From Halodesulfurarchaeum sp. (GTDB lineage Archaea; Halobacteriota; Halobacteria; Halobacteriales; Halobacteriaceae), in the NCBI GenBank assembly GCA_042216015.1, contig JBDGUI010000014.1:9935-73934 (forward strand): 64,000 nucleotides of DNA. Reading direction: 5' to 3'. A program made the position numbers and the translations under genes. Each line of letters begins with the position of its first letter. Positions within the stretch are counted from its first letter, which is position 1. The notes under the pieces were generated by a model. That model made no database searches. It was not told the origin of the DNA and saw nothing but the letters and a program-made list of their open reading frames with translations. Below are positions 30,397 through 40,108 of this stretch, one piece after another.

Positions 30397-30510
30397 GGCC
30401 CCGCTTTCATCGCAGCAGATAAAAAATGAGCGGGTCGGCATTCACGTTCCGGGAAGACACAAGAGCCGAAATCGCCGATACACCTACAGGGATTCACCGA
30501 GAAGAGGTAC

Positions 30511-30663
30511 ATGATGCGAACCACCATCGAAATCGATACCGACCTGTACGAACGGCTCAATGGCCACCTCGAGGAGGGTGAGACCGTCGAAGAGTTCATC
30601 GAGGAACTCATCTCGATGTACGAGACCGAAGGGGCGTTCATGCAGGAAGGGTATTCCGAATAA
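30511..30663 (+). CDS. Small acidic haloarchaeal protein, possible RHH-type (50 aa, below the ORF-track cutoff)
   Basis: MMRTTIEIDTDLYERLNGHLEEGETVEEFIEELISMYETEGAFMQEGYSE; SD-like GAGGT; host-like codons. Confidence 0.75.
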   Translation: MMRTTIEIDTDLYERLNGHLEEGETVEEFIEELISMYETEGAFMQEGYSE

Positions 30664-30742
30664 GCGGGGACCGCACTCGAGCGTGGCACACGCCCGCTAC
30701 TGAGGCGGTACCGTTTTGCCCGAGGGGGTCCGAGACGGCTTC

Positions 30743-31144
30743 ATGGTGGTTCTTGGGCTCGTCGTCGCGGAATTCAATCGACACATTACAGAACGGATGG
30801 AGGCAGCAGCCAGGGAGACGGCCGAGGAGTTGAAAGCCGAAATCGGGGACGTCACTCACGTTCCCGGCGCATACGACGCCCCGCTCGCCGCCGATCGACT
30901 CGCGCGCCGGGAGGAGATCGATGCCGTCGCAGTGCTGGGGACGATCATCACCGGCGATACCGATCACGATCGGGTCATCGCCGACGCGTGCGCGCAGGGA
31001 TTGACGGACGTCAGCCTCTCCCGGGATACCCCGGTCGCCTTCGGGGTCACCGGGCCCGGGATGACGGCGGAAGAGGCCCGTGATCGGGTCGAGAAGGGAG
31101 CCGAAACAGTCGAAAGCGCCGTTGCCCTCGCGGGAGAGCAATGA
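30743..31144 (+). CDS. ribH: 6,7-dimethyl-8-ribityllumazine synthase
   Basis: VVAEFN, VPGAYDAP, ITGDTDH, PVAFGVTGPG. Confidence 0.93.
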   Translation: MVVLGLVVAEFNRHITERMEAAARETAEELKAEIGDVTHVPGAYDAPLAADRLARREEIDAVAVLGTIITGDTDHDRVIADACAQGLTDVSLSRDTPVAFGVTGPGMTAEEARDRVEKGAETVESAVALAGEQ

Positions 31145-32286
31145 ACTATACAGACCGGGTCACCCGCGTCGAACCGAGTGCGACCCTCGCAGTAAGCAAC
31201 CTCGCCTCCCAACTCGAGGCCAATGGAGTGGACATCATCGACCTCTCGGTTGGCGAACCCGACTTCGACACCCCGGCACACGTCAAGTCTGCCGGTCAGG
31301 AGGCAATCGCCAGGGGTGAGACGAAGTATGCACCCTCGGCAGGAATCCCGGCCCTTCGAACGGAAATCGCCGCCTCCCTCCAGTCCGACGGGCTCCCCTA
31401 TGGTGCGGAGAACGTGATGGTGACACCGGGGGCGAAACAGGCCCTCTTCGAGATCGTCCAGACGCTCGTCGAGGGCGGCGATGAGGTCGCGCTGCTCGAT
31501 CCGGCCTGGGTATCCTACTCGGCAATGGCGAAGCTCGCCGGGGCGAAACTCAACCGGATCGATCTCAGTCGGACTACCTTCAGGCTCGAACCGGCACTCG
31601 ACGCTCTCGGAGAGGCACTCTCCGAGGAAACCGAACTCCTCATCGTCAATTCGCCCAGCAATCCGAGTGGAGCCGTGTACAGCCGGGCCGCGATGGAGGG
31701 GGTTCGCGATCTCGCCGTCGAACACGACATCACCGTCGTCGCAGACGAGATCTACCGGGAGATCCAGTACGCGGGCGAGACGGTGAGCCTGGCGACCCTC
31801 GAGGGCATGGAGAATCGGACGGTCACGGTGAACGGCTTCTCGAAGGCGTATGCCATGACCGGCTGGCGGCTCGGATACTTCGCCGCGCCGACCGGGCTCA
31901 TCGACCAGGCCGGAAAGATCCAGTCCCACTCGGTCTCCTCGGCGGCCACGTTCGTCCAGCACGCCGGACTGGCGGCGCTCCAGGGGCCGTCAGAGCCGAC
32001 GGAACAGATGGCCGCAGCCTTCGAGGACCGTCGCGACTTGCTCCTCGAGAAAATCGGCGAGTATGAAATCGACGTCCCCACGCCCCAGGGAGCGTTCTAC
32101 CTGATGCTCCCAGTGGACGCAGACGACGAGGAGTGGTGTACGACGGCACTCGAGCAGGCACACGTGGCGACCGTCCCGGGAAGTGCGTTCGGAACGCCGG
32201 GTTATGCCCGACTCTCGTACGCGGCCGATGTCGAACGGATCGAAACGGCGATCGACAGACTCGGCGAGGCGGGCTTTTTGGACTGA
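31141..32286 (+). CDS. PLP-dependent aspartate aminotransferase
   Basis: LSVGEPDF, NSPSNPSG, ADEIY, NGFSKAYAMTGWRLG; 4-nt overlap with ribH. Confidence 0.9.
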   Translation: MNYTDRVTRVEPSATLAVSNLASQLEANGVDIIDLSVGEPDFDTPAHVKSAGQEAIARGETKYAPSAGIPALRTEIAASLQSDGLPYGAENVMVTPGAKQALFEIVQTLVEGGDEVALLDPAWVSYSAMAKLAGAKLNRIDLSRTTFRLEPALDALGEALSEETELLIVNSPSNPSGAVYSRAAMEGVRDLAVEHDITVVADEIYREIQYAGETVSLATLEGMENRTVTVNGFSKAYAMTGWRLGYFAAPTGLIDQAGKIQSHSVSSAATFVQHAGLAALQGPSEPTEQMAAAFEDRRDLLLEKIGEYEIDVPTPQGAFYLMLPVDADDEEWCTTALEQAHVATVPGSAFGTPGYARLSYAADVERIETAIDRLGEAGFLD

Positions 32287-32301
32287 CCGATCCGGGGACC
32301 A

Positions 32302-33549
32302 CTACGGCCAGATCCCCCGCTCGTCGGCCGCCTCTCGCACGCGTTCGATGGCCACGAGAAAGGCCGCCGTCCGGAGATCCTCGACCGGTCTGTTCGATTT
32401 CGTCGCCACGATCCGCTCGAAGGCCTCCTCGATGCGCGTCTCGAGTTCCTCGTTGACCGCCGACTCCTCCCAGTAGTGGCGCTGTCGATTCTGGACCCAC
32501 TCGAGATAGGAGGCGATCACGCCACCAGCGTTCGCCAGAATATCGGGGACGATCGTCACCTCTCCCCGAAGGCGCTGGTCAGCACCGTCGGTCAGCGGCC
32601 CGTTCGCCCCCTCCACGATTACGTCAGCTCGCACCTCGGGGGCCAGATCGACGTCGATCGCTCCCTCGAGGGCTGCCGGTATCAGGACGTCCACGTCGAG
32701 GGTGAGCAAGTCCTCGTTCGAGATCTGCGCTCCCGTCCCGAACGCGTCGAGCGAGTTGCTCTCGCGTTTGTACGTGACCAGGCGTTCGACGTCGAAACCC
32801 GACTCGAGCGTGATTCCACCCGACGAATCGCTCACCGCCACGATTCGGGCACCGCGTTCCTCGAGTAGCCTGGCGGCGTTTCGTCCCACGTTTCCGAACC
32901 CCTGAACGGCGACAGTCGTGCCCTCCAGCTCTTCGCCGAGATGATCCAGGATCAACGACGTCGAGAGAGCGACCGACCGGCCGGTCGCCTGGACTCGGCC
33001 GGCCGTGCCTCCACTCTCGATCGCCTTTCCCGTGACAACGCCCGGTTCGGTGGTTCTTTCGAGGGTCTCGTAGGTGTCCTTGATCCAGTTCATCTCGCGC
33101 TGGCCCGTGTTGACATCTGGAGCGGCGATGTCTCGATCCGCGCCGATCACCGGGCGGAGTTCCGTGGCGTATGCCCGCGTGATCCGCTCGAGTTCCGCCA
33201 CCGAATGCGCACGGGGATCCAGCGAGACACCACCCTTTCCACCCCCCAGCGGCAGGCCGACGAGGGCTGTCTTGAACGTCATCCACCCCGAAAGAGCGAC
33301 GATCTCTTCCCTCGAAACGGTGGGGTGATACCGAATTCCGCCCTTGTACGGCCCCCGTGAATCGTCGAACTGCGAGCGATAGGCCGAAAACGTCTCGATC
33401 CGTCCATCGTCGAGTTGGACCTCGAGCGTCGCCTCGAGGATCCGATCCGGTGCCGAAAGTGCATCGAGTTCGCCCGCGTCCAGATCGAGGGATTCCGCGG
33501 CACGCGACAGCTGGGCCCTGAGGCTCTCGAGTGGGGTCGCCATTGCCAT
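32302..33549 (-). CDS. gdhA: Glu/Leu/Phe/Val dehydrogenase (glutamate dehydrogenase)
   Basis: GPYKGGIRYHP, GGGKGG, VQGFGNVG, EGANGP, PDILANAGGV. Confidence 0.88.
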   Translation of the reverse strand: MAMATPLESLRAQLSRAAESLDLDAGELDALSAPDRILEATLEVQLDDGRIETFSAYRSQFDDSRGPYKGGIRYHPTVSREEIVALSGWMTFKTALVGLPLGGGKGGVSLDPRAHSVAELERITRAYATELRPVIGADRDIAAPDVNTGQREMNWIKDTYETLERTTEPGVVTGKAIESGGTAGRVQATGRSVALSTSLILDHLGEELEGTTVAVQGFGNVGRNAARLLEERGARIVAVSDSSGGITLESGFDVERLVTYKRESNSLDAFGTGAQISNEDLLTLDVDVLIPAALEGAIDVDLAPEVRADVIVEGANGPLTDGADQRLRGEVTIVPDILANAGGVIASYLEWVQNRQRHYWEESAVNEELETRIEEAFERIVATKSNRPVEDLRTAAFLVAIERVREAADERGIWP

Positions 33550-33636
33550 ACGTCTTCCATCCACGGCGGTGGAATAAGCGTGTTGCCGGCCGGGAAGAAC
33601 AGCACCGATTTATTCGATCGGGTTCGAGACTGCGGT

Positions 33637-34392
33637 GTGCAGATAGTCGGGTACGAGTCGGGGAGACCACGCGAGCCGGCCGCACTCCATCTGGCCGCAG
33701 ACGGTGAGGTACAAAAGGAACGGCTGGTTCGAGGGCGAGAGCTGTCGTTCGCCCTCGACGAACGCCACTGTGCGGGCCGGAAGGTCGATTCGACCCACGA
33801 GTCGTGTGCCACCGAGACGGCCCCATACTGTGAGGTCCACACCACCCGGTGGCCATGTGCCCACTGTCGCGGGCAGTGTGCCATGCCCATCGAGACCTGC
33901 CACGAGGAACACGCGATCTATCTGGCCGCGTTCGAACCCGATCGGTACAAGGTCGGGGTGACCAGATCCTGGCGGCTGGAAACCCGACTCACCGAACAGG
34001 GAGCCCGTCGGGCTGCCCACATTCGAACGGTGGAAAACGGCCGGACGGCCCGCCAGATCGAGGCCGAGATCGCCACCGACGTTCCGGATCGGCTCACCCA
34101 GGCGGCGAAGATCGAGGGGCTCGGCCGATCACTCGACGTCGATGCCTGGGAGGAGTTCCTCGAACCCTTCGGGGTCATCGAGACGTTCGCCTTCGACTAC
34201 GGACTCGACCTCGACCGGCAACCGATTCCAACGACGATGGCAATTGGTCGAATCCGGGGCAGCCGCGGGCGAATTCTCGTCCTCGAGCGGGGCGAGACGA
34301 CCTATGCCGTCGACCTCAAGGCCCTGGTCGGCTACGAGATCACCGACGGTGGAAGCGACAGGGACCGGCAAGCGAGCCTCGGCGCCTTCTAA
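33637..34392 (+). CDS. DUF2797 domain protein
   Basis: Cys/His-rich N-terminus, HAIYLA..KVGVT...RLTEQGA; GTG start inferred. Confidence 0.75.
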   Translation: MQIVGYESGRPREPAALHLAADGEVQKERLVRGRELSFALDERHCAGRKVDSTHESCATETAPYCEVHTTRWPCAHCRGQCAMPIETCHEEHAIYLAAFEPDRYKVGVTRSWRLETRLTEQGARRAAHIRTVENGRTARQIEAEIATDVPDRLTQAAKIEGLGRSLDVDAWEEFLEPFGVIETFAFDYGLDLDRQPIPTTMAIGRIRGSRGRILVLERGETTYAVDLKALVGYEITDGGSDRDRQASLGAF

Positions 34393-34436
34393 CCGGGAGC
34401 GGGTAGTTTTTCAGTCGTCCCTTCAAACCCCGTGGC

Positions 34437-34772
34437 ATGGCCGAGGACGAACCCGAGGAGGGAGGTGCCGAGGAGAAATCGTTCCGGGAACGCGTCGAGA
34501 AGATCCGCGAGGAGCGGGCCGAGGAGGGGGAATCCGGCGAGGATCCCCGTGAGCGAATGGAGGACATGATGGGCGGGGGCGGTGGCGGGATGGGAGGAAA
34601 CCCCTTCGCGCAGATGATGGGCGGCATGATGGGCGGTGGCCCAATGGGCGGCGGTCACGGCGAAGGGGGGGATAACGTCCGGTTGGCCCGAGAAATCGAG
34701 GCCCTCCGCGATGAGGTTTCGGCGGCAACTGCCCAACTCGAGCGGATCGCAGACGCCCTCGAGGACGAGTAA
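34437..34772 (+). CDS. Hypothetical protein with Gly/Met-rich linker and C-terminal coiled coil
   Basis: Acidic ORF; MMGGGGGGMGGNPFAQMMGGMMGG; ends LERIADALEDE. Confidence 0.75.
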   Translation: MAEDEPEEGGAEEKSFRERVEKIREERAEEGESGEDPRERMEDMMGGGGGGMGGNPFAQMMGGMMGGGPMGGGHGEGGDNVRLAREIEALRDEVSAATAQLERIADALEDE

Positions 34773-34921
34773 GCCCCCCGAATCATTGATTGCCACTGCC
34801 GGGACGGATAGTCCCATATCCACCAGCCGTCACGTTACCGGTACGCGGACACCAGCCATCCTGTTGCCAGTTAGCGTCCACCTTTCGTCACGGTATCTGT
34901 GGGCGTCCACCCGCCGTTCGG

Positions 34922-35521
34922 TTACCAGTAAAACAGGTTCTCGGGATCGACGGGTTTTCCGACGACCTCGAGTATTCTGGCGTCGAACAGGTCCCGGCTA
35001 TTTGCAGACTGGACGGTCAAAACAGTATCTGCCCCCGATCCCGTGCCCGCGACGGCGAGGACCCGTTCGTTGGCCGGGACTACCCCCGCATCACAACCCA
35101 TGAGCACGATTTCGAGGGCGACCTTCGTCCCCTGACCGAAGAGCCGGAGGACGTCCGCGACGACCTCGTGAGCCGAGAATCCGTCCTTGTCCCGTAAAGC
35201 CGATCCGACGTTGCTGAAGACCATCGGGCCGACGAACACGGACCCGCCCGCCCGTTCGATCTCTTCGCGATAGGGCTCCTGGATTTCCTGTTCGTTCGGA
35301 TCACGATACCCGGTTGCGTGTCCCACGACCACCACATCTCGCTCGGTTGCATCGAAAAGGGATGCTGCCTTCGCTCCCGTTTCCCCCGACGTCGACGCGA
35401 CGACGACAGTGGAAATCTCCTGTTCCACCGCGTACTCCTGGGCCCGCTTCAGGACTGACTCGGTCGCCATGTCGTCGGTGGCGAACATGGATATATACTC
35501 GTGGCCAGCGGGGGTAACCAT
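34922..35521 (-). CDS. Stand-alone pyruvate kinase alpha/beta (PK_C) domain protein
   Basis: VVVASTSGETG, LRLFGQGTKVALEIVLMGCDAG, AGTGSGADT. Confidence 0.75.
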   Translation of the reverse strand: MVTPAGHEYISMFATDDMATESVLKRAQEYAVEQEISTVVVASTSGETGAKAASLFDATERDVVVVGHATGYRDPNEQEIQEPYREEIERAGGSVFVGPMVFSNVGSALRDKDGFSAHEVVADVLRLFGQGTKVALEIVLMGCDAGVVPANERVLAVAGTGSGADTVLTVQSANSRDLFDARILEVVGKPVDPENLFYW

Positions 35522-35581
35522 ACGGCCCAATTTTTGCGGGTTTGCAAGACCGCGTTCAGACGGTGGGGGTCAACGAACCGA

Positions 35582-36694
35582 TCACGGGTAGGCATCCAAG
35601 ACCGTCGAGTAGGCCGATTCGAGTCCGTCGACCGCGTTCGAGAGACTTATCTCGGAGCGGTGATCGAGACAGGACACAGAAAGCCCCTCCTGCTCCTCGA
35701 GGGCCCGTTCGATGCCGGCGCGAAACGCCTCGATGTCTCCCAGTTCGTAGTGAAACCCCGTTTTCCCCTCGACGATCGTCTCCGAAAGCGCGCCGGCGTC
35801 GACACCGACGACCGGTGTTCCACAGGCTGTCGCCTCGAGTGCAACGATGCCCTGGGTTTCGACCGGGCTCGGAAATGCAAAGACGTCCAGCGCGCTGTAG
35901 AACGAGGGAAGTTCCTCCCGGTCGAGGAAACCCAGAAACCGTGCGTCGACGTCGTGAAATTTGGCGGCCTGACGGAGCGAATCAGTGGCTGGGCCTTCAC
36001 CACCGAAAACGACCGTCACGTCGAGCCCCGCGGCTGCCTCGAGAATCGCCTCGAGATTCTTCTCGTGGCCGTGACGGCCCGTATACCCGATCAGCGGCCT
36101 GTCGTCCGGTAACCCGTAGTGCCGCTCGAAGTCGACGGTCTCCCTTGGGTAAAACCGTGTCGTGTCAACACCATTGGGATGTACCCGAACGGGAACCTTG
36201 GACGTGAGCCGCCCTCGGAGGGTCCCAGCGGTTTGCTCGCTCGGTGCGAGCACCATGTCGGCCCGCTCGAGGAACCATCGCTCGTATCGACTGCTCACCG
36301 CCCCAACCGGTGACGCGAGGGAATCGGGAACGACATAGGAGGCGTATTCCCCCGTCGGCGTGTGATAGGAGACGACGAACGGAATCGATTCCCGCCTCGC
36401 GAGTCGGTAGCCTGCAAAACCCACGGAGAAAGGAGAGTGTGCGTGTACCAGGTCGACGTCTTCCGTCGCCGTCGGCACACTGGGGATCCCCAACCGGTAT
36501 CCCTCATAAAAGGGGAACGGAAGGCTGTAGACCGGATATTCGCCCGGGTCAGGATCGTACGAGGACGCTGGATAGACGACGTCCATCCGGCCGCCCCGTG
36601 ACGCATAGCGGTCACGCCACGCGGAGATCGTGTAGGTGACGCCGTTCACGGTCGGAAGGTAGGTGTCAGTGAAGGCGGCGACCGCTGGTGGCAT
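35582..36694 (-). CDS. GT4 family glycosyltransferase
   Basis: FTDTYLPTVNGV, GRHGHEKN, ETQGIVALEA. Confidence 0.9.
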   Translation of the reverse strand: MPPAVAAFTDTYLPTVNGVTYTISAWRDRYASRGGRMDVVYPASSYDPDPGEYPVYSLPFPFYEGYRLGIPSVPTATEDVDLVHAHSPFSVGFAGYRLARRESIPFVVSYHTPTGEYASYVVPDSLASPVGAVSSRYERWFLERADMVLAPSEQTAGTLRGRLTSKVPVRVHPNGVDTTRFYPRETVDFERHYGLPDDRPLIGYTGRHGHEKNLEAILEAAAGLDVTVVFGGEGPATDSLRQAAKFHDVDARFLGFLDREELPSFYSALDVFAFPSPVETQGIVALEATACGTPVVGVDAGALSETIVEGKTGFHYELGDIEAFRAGIERALEEQEGLSVSCLDHRSEISLSNAVDGLESAYSTVLDAYP

Positions 36695-36792
36695 CGTGGC
36701 GGAGTAAGAGAGGGGCCATTAAGAGCCTGCTTACTCGTGATGGGGTTTACCGTTCCGGAAGCCTACCATTTCGGCTCGGAGTTCTCGACGGG

Positions 36793-37791
36793 TTATTCGT
36801 CGAAGAGATCCGTATACACCTGGATCAGGTCCTCTTTGATCGCATCCAGCTTGAATGCCTCACTCCGCGCTGCGGCCCGCGAACCGATCTCCTCGCGGAG
36901 CTCCGGGTCGAGCAGCGATTCGATGGCCGCAACGAAGTCCGAGTCCGCCTTGAGACATTCCCGGCCGTCCTCGAGCCACTCGAACGTCTCGATGTCCCGC
37001 ACAACGGGTGCGGCCCCGGAGGCCATCGCCTCCAGAAGAGCCATTCCCTCGTTCTCGTTGTGTGTCGGAAAGAAGAAGATGTCTCCGGCCGCGAACGCCC
37101 CACGGATGTCTTCGACGTACCCGGTGAAGGTCACGTTTTCAGGAGCCGATTCCACGAGTCGCTCGGTCTCGCGGCTTCGGAGGACCCGATCGAAGGTTCC
37201 CCCCGTCGGATTGAGATAGCCGAACCACGCAAAATCCAGCTCCGGGAGCTCTCGGGCGGTTTCCACGAAGGTTTCGAGTCCCTTCCGAGGAATGACGTGT
37301 CCGACGTTGAACACGACCGGTGGCGTGAGGTCGTAGCGCTCGAGATAGGTCTCTCTCAGCGATTCGAATCCGTCGATCTTGTCGGGATCGTAGCCGTTCG
37401 AGATGACCGTCGTCGGGGTATCGGTGTAGGTCTTGATGGTTCGTTCGTTGTAGCGAGAGGGGCAGATCAACCGATCGCCGAGGTCGTATACATATTCGAG
37501 ATACGGGCGAAGGGGCTTTGCCAACAGGTCCGAGAGTGCGAAACTCCCCGCGAAATCTTCTGCTGTCTGGTGGGTATGGACGACGACGGGAGTACCGGCC
37601 GCTCTGGCCCGTTTCGCCGCGAGCAGGGATCGCGGCCCCATGTTATTCAGATGAAGGAGGTCGGCCGTGGGGTCCGGCGACCGGGTGTACTCGATCCCGG
37701 ATCGCTCGAGGATCTTCCGCTGGTTCTTCACCGACTGCTTGTGGCCTCCCGTAATGTACTGCTCCCACTCGAAGTAGTGACTTACCCTCAT
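36793..37791 (-). CDS. GT4 family glycosyltransferase
   Basis: GHVIPRKG, ENEGMALLEAMASG. Confidence 0.88.
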   Translation of the reverse strand: MRVSHYFEWEQYITGGHKQSVKNQRKILERSGIEYTRSPDPTADLLHLNNMGPRSLLAAKRARAAGTPVVVHTHQTAEDFAGSFALSDLLAKPLRPYLEYVYDLGDRLICPSRYNERTIKTYTDTPTTVISNGYDPDKIDGFESLRETYLERYDLTPPVVFNVGHVIPRKGLETFVETARELPELDFAWFGYLNPTGGTFDRVLRSRETERLVESAPENVTFTGYVEDIRGAFAAGDIFFFPTHNENEGMALLEAMASGAAPVVRDIETFEWLEDGRECLKADSDFVAAIESLLDPELREEIGSRAAARSEAFKLDAIKEDLIQVYTDLFDE

Positions 37792-37900
37792 TCCTCGCTC
37801 GACGACCTGCATGCATCTTCGAGGCGAGGGGGCAATAAATATCCACTACTCTGCCATCCGGTCGCGACACGTTCTTGCCGGGCCCAGCCAATCGTGGAAT

Positions 37901-38179
37901 ATGTCCATACCCGCCGAGCGCATCGAACGGCTGGCGGATCTCGCTCACCAGGCCGCTCGAGCCGGAAAAATGGACCGGGCTCGACGCTACGTCCGACTCG
38001 CTCGCCGGATCGCCGAGCGGAACCGACTCTCCCTGCCCACACGCCTCGATCGGTTCACCTGTGACAGCTGTGATACCTACCTGATTCCGGGCCGAAATGC
38101 GCGGGTTCGAACCCGGCATGGACACGTCGTCATCACCTGTTCCTGCGGGTCTCAAGACCGGTATCCATATCGAAACTGA
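37901..38179 (+). CDS. rnp4: Ribonuclease P protein component 4 (Rpp21)
   Basis: ERIERL, RYVRLARRIAERNR, CDSCDTYLIPG...TCSCG. Confidence 0.9.
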   Translation: MSIPAERIERLADLAHQAARAGKMDRARRYVRLARRIAERNRLSLPTRLDRFTCDSCDTYLIPGRNARVRTRHGHVVITCSCGSQDRYPYRN

Positions 38180-38273
38180 TGGCAACCCGCCTTTCGAGTC
38201 AAATCACAATACCGATCCAGACCTCACCGGAGAGCAAACTTTGACGGGGGCACCTCGTATATATCGAGGTAGC

Positions 38274-38516
38274 ATGAGCGAGGATCTCCGCGCCGAGGCC
38301 CAGAACGTCGATGTCACCGTGTGGGTCGGCAAAGCGGGAATCGATTCCGTCCGAGAGGAATTGGCCGACCAACTGGACAGCCGCGAACTCGTCAAGGTGA
38401 AGTTCCTCCGATCGGCCCGCGGCAATGACGACACCGAGGATCTCGCCGCAAAGCTTGCCGATCTCGTCGATGCCGAACTGGTCGAGACGCGAGGGAATAC
38501 GGGGGTGTATCATTAA
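38274..38516 (+). CDS. yhbY: YhbY/CRM RNA-binding protein
   Basis: VWVGKAGI, ELVKVKFLRS, TRGNTGVY. Confidence 0.88.
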   Translation: MSEDLRAEAQNVDVTVWVGKAGIDSVREELADQLDSRELVKVKFLRSARGNDDTEDLAAKLADLVDAELVETRGNTGVYH

Positions 38517-39394
38517 TGGTCCCCCTGCCACTCGCTGCCGGTCCGATTGGAGAAGCGATCGGTGAATTCGGCGTCCCGCTGGCAGGAACCGTCGGCTCAG
38601 CGATTGCCTTCGCCGTGGTTTTTCTCGTGATCTACTACGGCGGAAACGCGATTCTCGGTTCGGTTCTCTCGCGAGGTATGGACCGGCGCGGGCTCGACGA
38701 ACACGCGAGAGCGCCGATCAAACGATTGACGAGGGCGGGTATCCTGTTCGTCGCCGTAACAGTGGCCTTTGGCGCCGCCGGATTTACCGGCTTTCTCCAA
38801 TCGCTTTCGACCATCGCCGCGGCTGGCACGCTGGCGGTCGGGTTTGCCATGCAGGACGTGATCAAGAACTTCGTCGCCGGCGTGTTCATCTACACTGATC
38901 GTCCATTTCGGATCGGTGACTGGATCGAGTGGGACGGCCACTCGGGGGTCGTCGAGGACATCTCCCTCAGGGTGAGCCGGGTCAGAACCTTCGACAACGA
39001 GTTGTTGACCGTTCCGAACTCGAACCTGACCGACGGCGTCATCAAGAATCCGGTGGAGGGCGACCGGCTCCGACGGACCTTCGTGTTCGGGGTCGGGTAT
39101 GAAGACGACATCGAGGAGGCAACGGAGATAATCCTCGATAAGGCGACGATGCACGAGGAGATCATGGACGATCCCGGTCCCTCGGTCAGAGTGACCACCC
39201 TCGGAGACTCATCCGTGGGATTGCAGGCCCGCATCTGGATCGAGAACCCCACCCGGGCGGATTTCGTCCGGGTCCAGTCCGAATTCGTGAAATCGACGAA
39301 GGAGGCACTCGATGAGGCGGGCATCGACATTCCCTATCCGCAGCGGGTCCTCCACGGAGACCTGTCGGTGAGCGAGCAGGCGCTCACCGAGTGA
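38516..39394 (+). CDS. mscS: Small-conductance mechanosensitive channel
   Basis: GFAMQDVIKNFVAG, PFRIGDWI, VPNS, GIDIPYPQR. Confidence 0.9.
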   Translation: MVPLPLAAGPIGEAIGEFGVPLAGTVGSAIAFAVVFLVIYYGGNAILGSVLSRGMDRRGLDEHARAPIKRLTRAGILFVAVTVAFGAAGFTGFLQSLSTIAAAGTLAVGFAMQDVIKNFVAGVFIYTDRPFRIGDWIEWDGHSGVVEDISLRVSRVRTFDNELLTVPNSNLTDGVIKNPVEGDRLRRTFVFGVGYEDDIEEATEIILDKATMHEEIMDDPGPSVRVTTLGDSSVGLQARIWIENPTRADFVRVQSEFVKSTKEALDEAGIDIPYPQRVLHGDLSVSEQALTE

Positions 39395-39422
39395 CACAGA
39401 CTCGCTTTGAAATCCGAGATGA

Positions 39423-39733
39423 ATGGTGGACGGGCCGAGGTGGCCCGGCGTTCCGACCCGGATAGTCCCGGTCGCCTCCTCCACCCCGTGACCCTTCGAG
39501 CGACGCCCGTTCGGCGGTCCGCTGCTCACTTCCGTGCCTGACGGACTGCCGCCGACGAATCGCGGAACCGACCCCCCTGCAGGGGCGACCCGCGAACCGG
39601 TGTCCCCGAAGGACGAGGCTTCGCAGTCGGCTTCCAGGGTCCGGACCGGTCTGTCCGGACGCCCTCGGCGTTCGGCCCCCGCTGATGACCATGTGGCGGG
39701 CGAGGGGCGGGGCCAAACCGCCCGGCCTAGTCC
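39423..39733 (-). ncRNA. ffs: Archaeal signal recognition particle (7S) RNA
   Basis: Minus strand starts GGACTAGGCCGGGCGGTTTGGC and contains the helix-8 motif CAGGCACGGAAGTGAGCAG; about 310 nt; TATA-like CTTAAT about 25 nt upstream; 3' end approximate. Confidence 0.92.
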
Positions 39734-39831
39734 AGGTTTCCCTACCCGTCATTCCATTAAGGGCCTTTCGGGTCGGCTCCGCCCATCTGGCCCGTCGAAA
39801 CGGCCAAAAGGCTGGTGTCCCATGTCCGGGT

Positions 39832-40080
39832 ATGGGACTCGGAGGCACTGCAAAGAAACTCCAGCAAGTCGTCGACCTGGCGGACGACCTCTATGCCAAG
39901 CTCAACGACCTCAAATCCGACCTGGCCGGGATGCGGGATACGATCGAGGAGACGAAAACGAGCGTCGCGTCACTCGAAGCGGAACTGGAATCACAGCGCG
40001 CCCTGCTCGAGGCCATCGCCGAATCGGAAGATATCGATCCCGAAACCGTCGAACCGGATCGGGACACAGGAACCGAGTAG
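39832..40080 (+). CDS. DUF5798-like coiled-coil protein
   Basis: MGLGGTAKKLQQVVDLADDLYAKLN...QRALLEAIAE. Confidence 0.75.
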   Translation: MGLGGTAKKLQQVVDLADDLYAKLNDLKSDLAGMRDTIEETKTSVASLEAELESQRALLEAIAESEDIDPETVEPDRDTGTE

Positions 40081-40108
40081 TCCGCCCCCCTCCCCCCCGG
40101 GGTTGCCG

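Noticed and set aside
39423..39733. RNase P RNA (given the nearby rnp4) or a protein-coding ORF
   Set aside because: The 5' end and helix-8 GGAA motif identify it as SRP RNA
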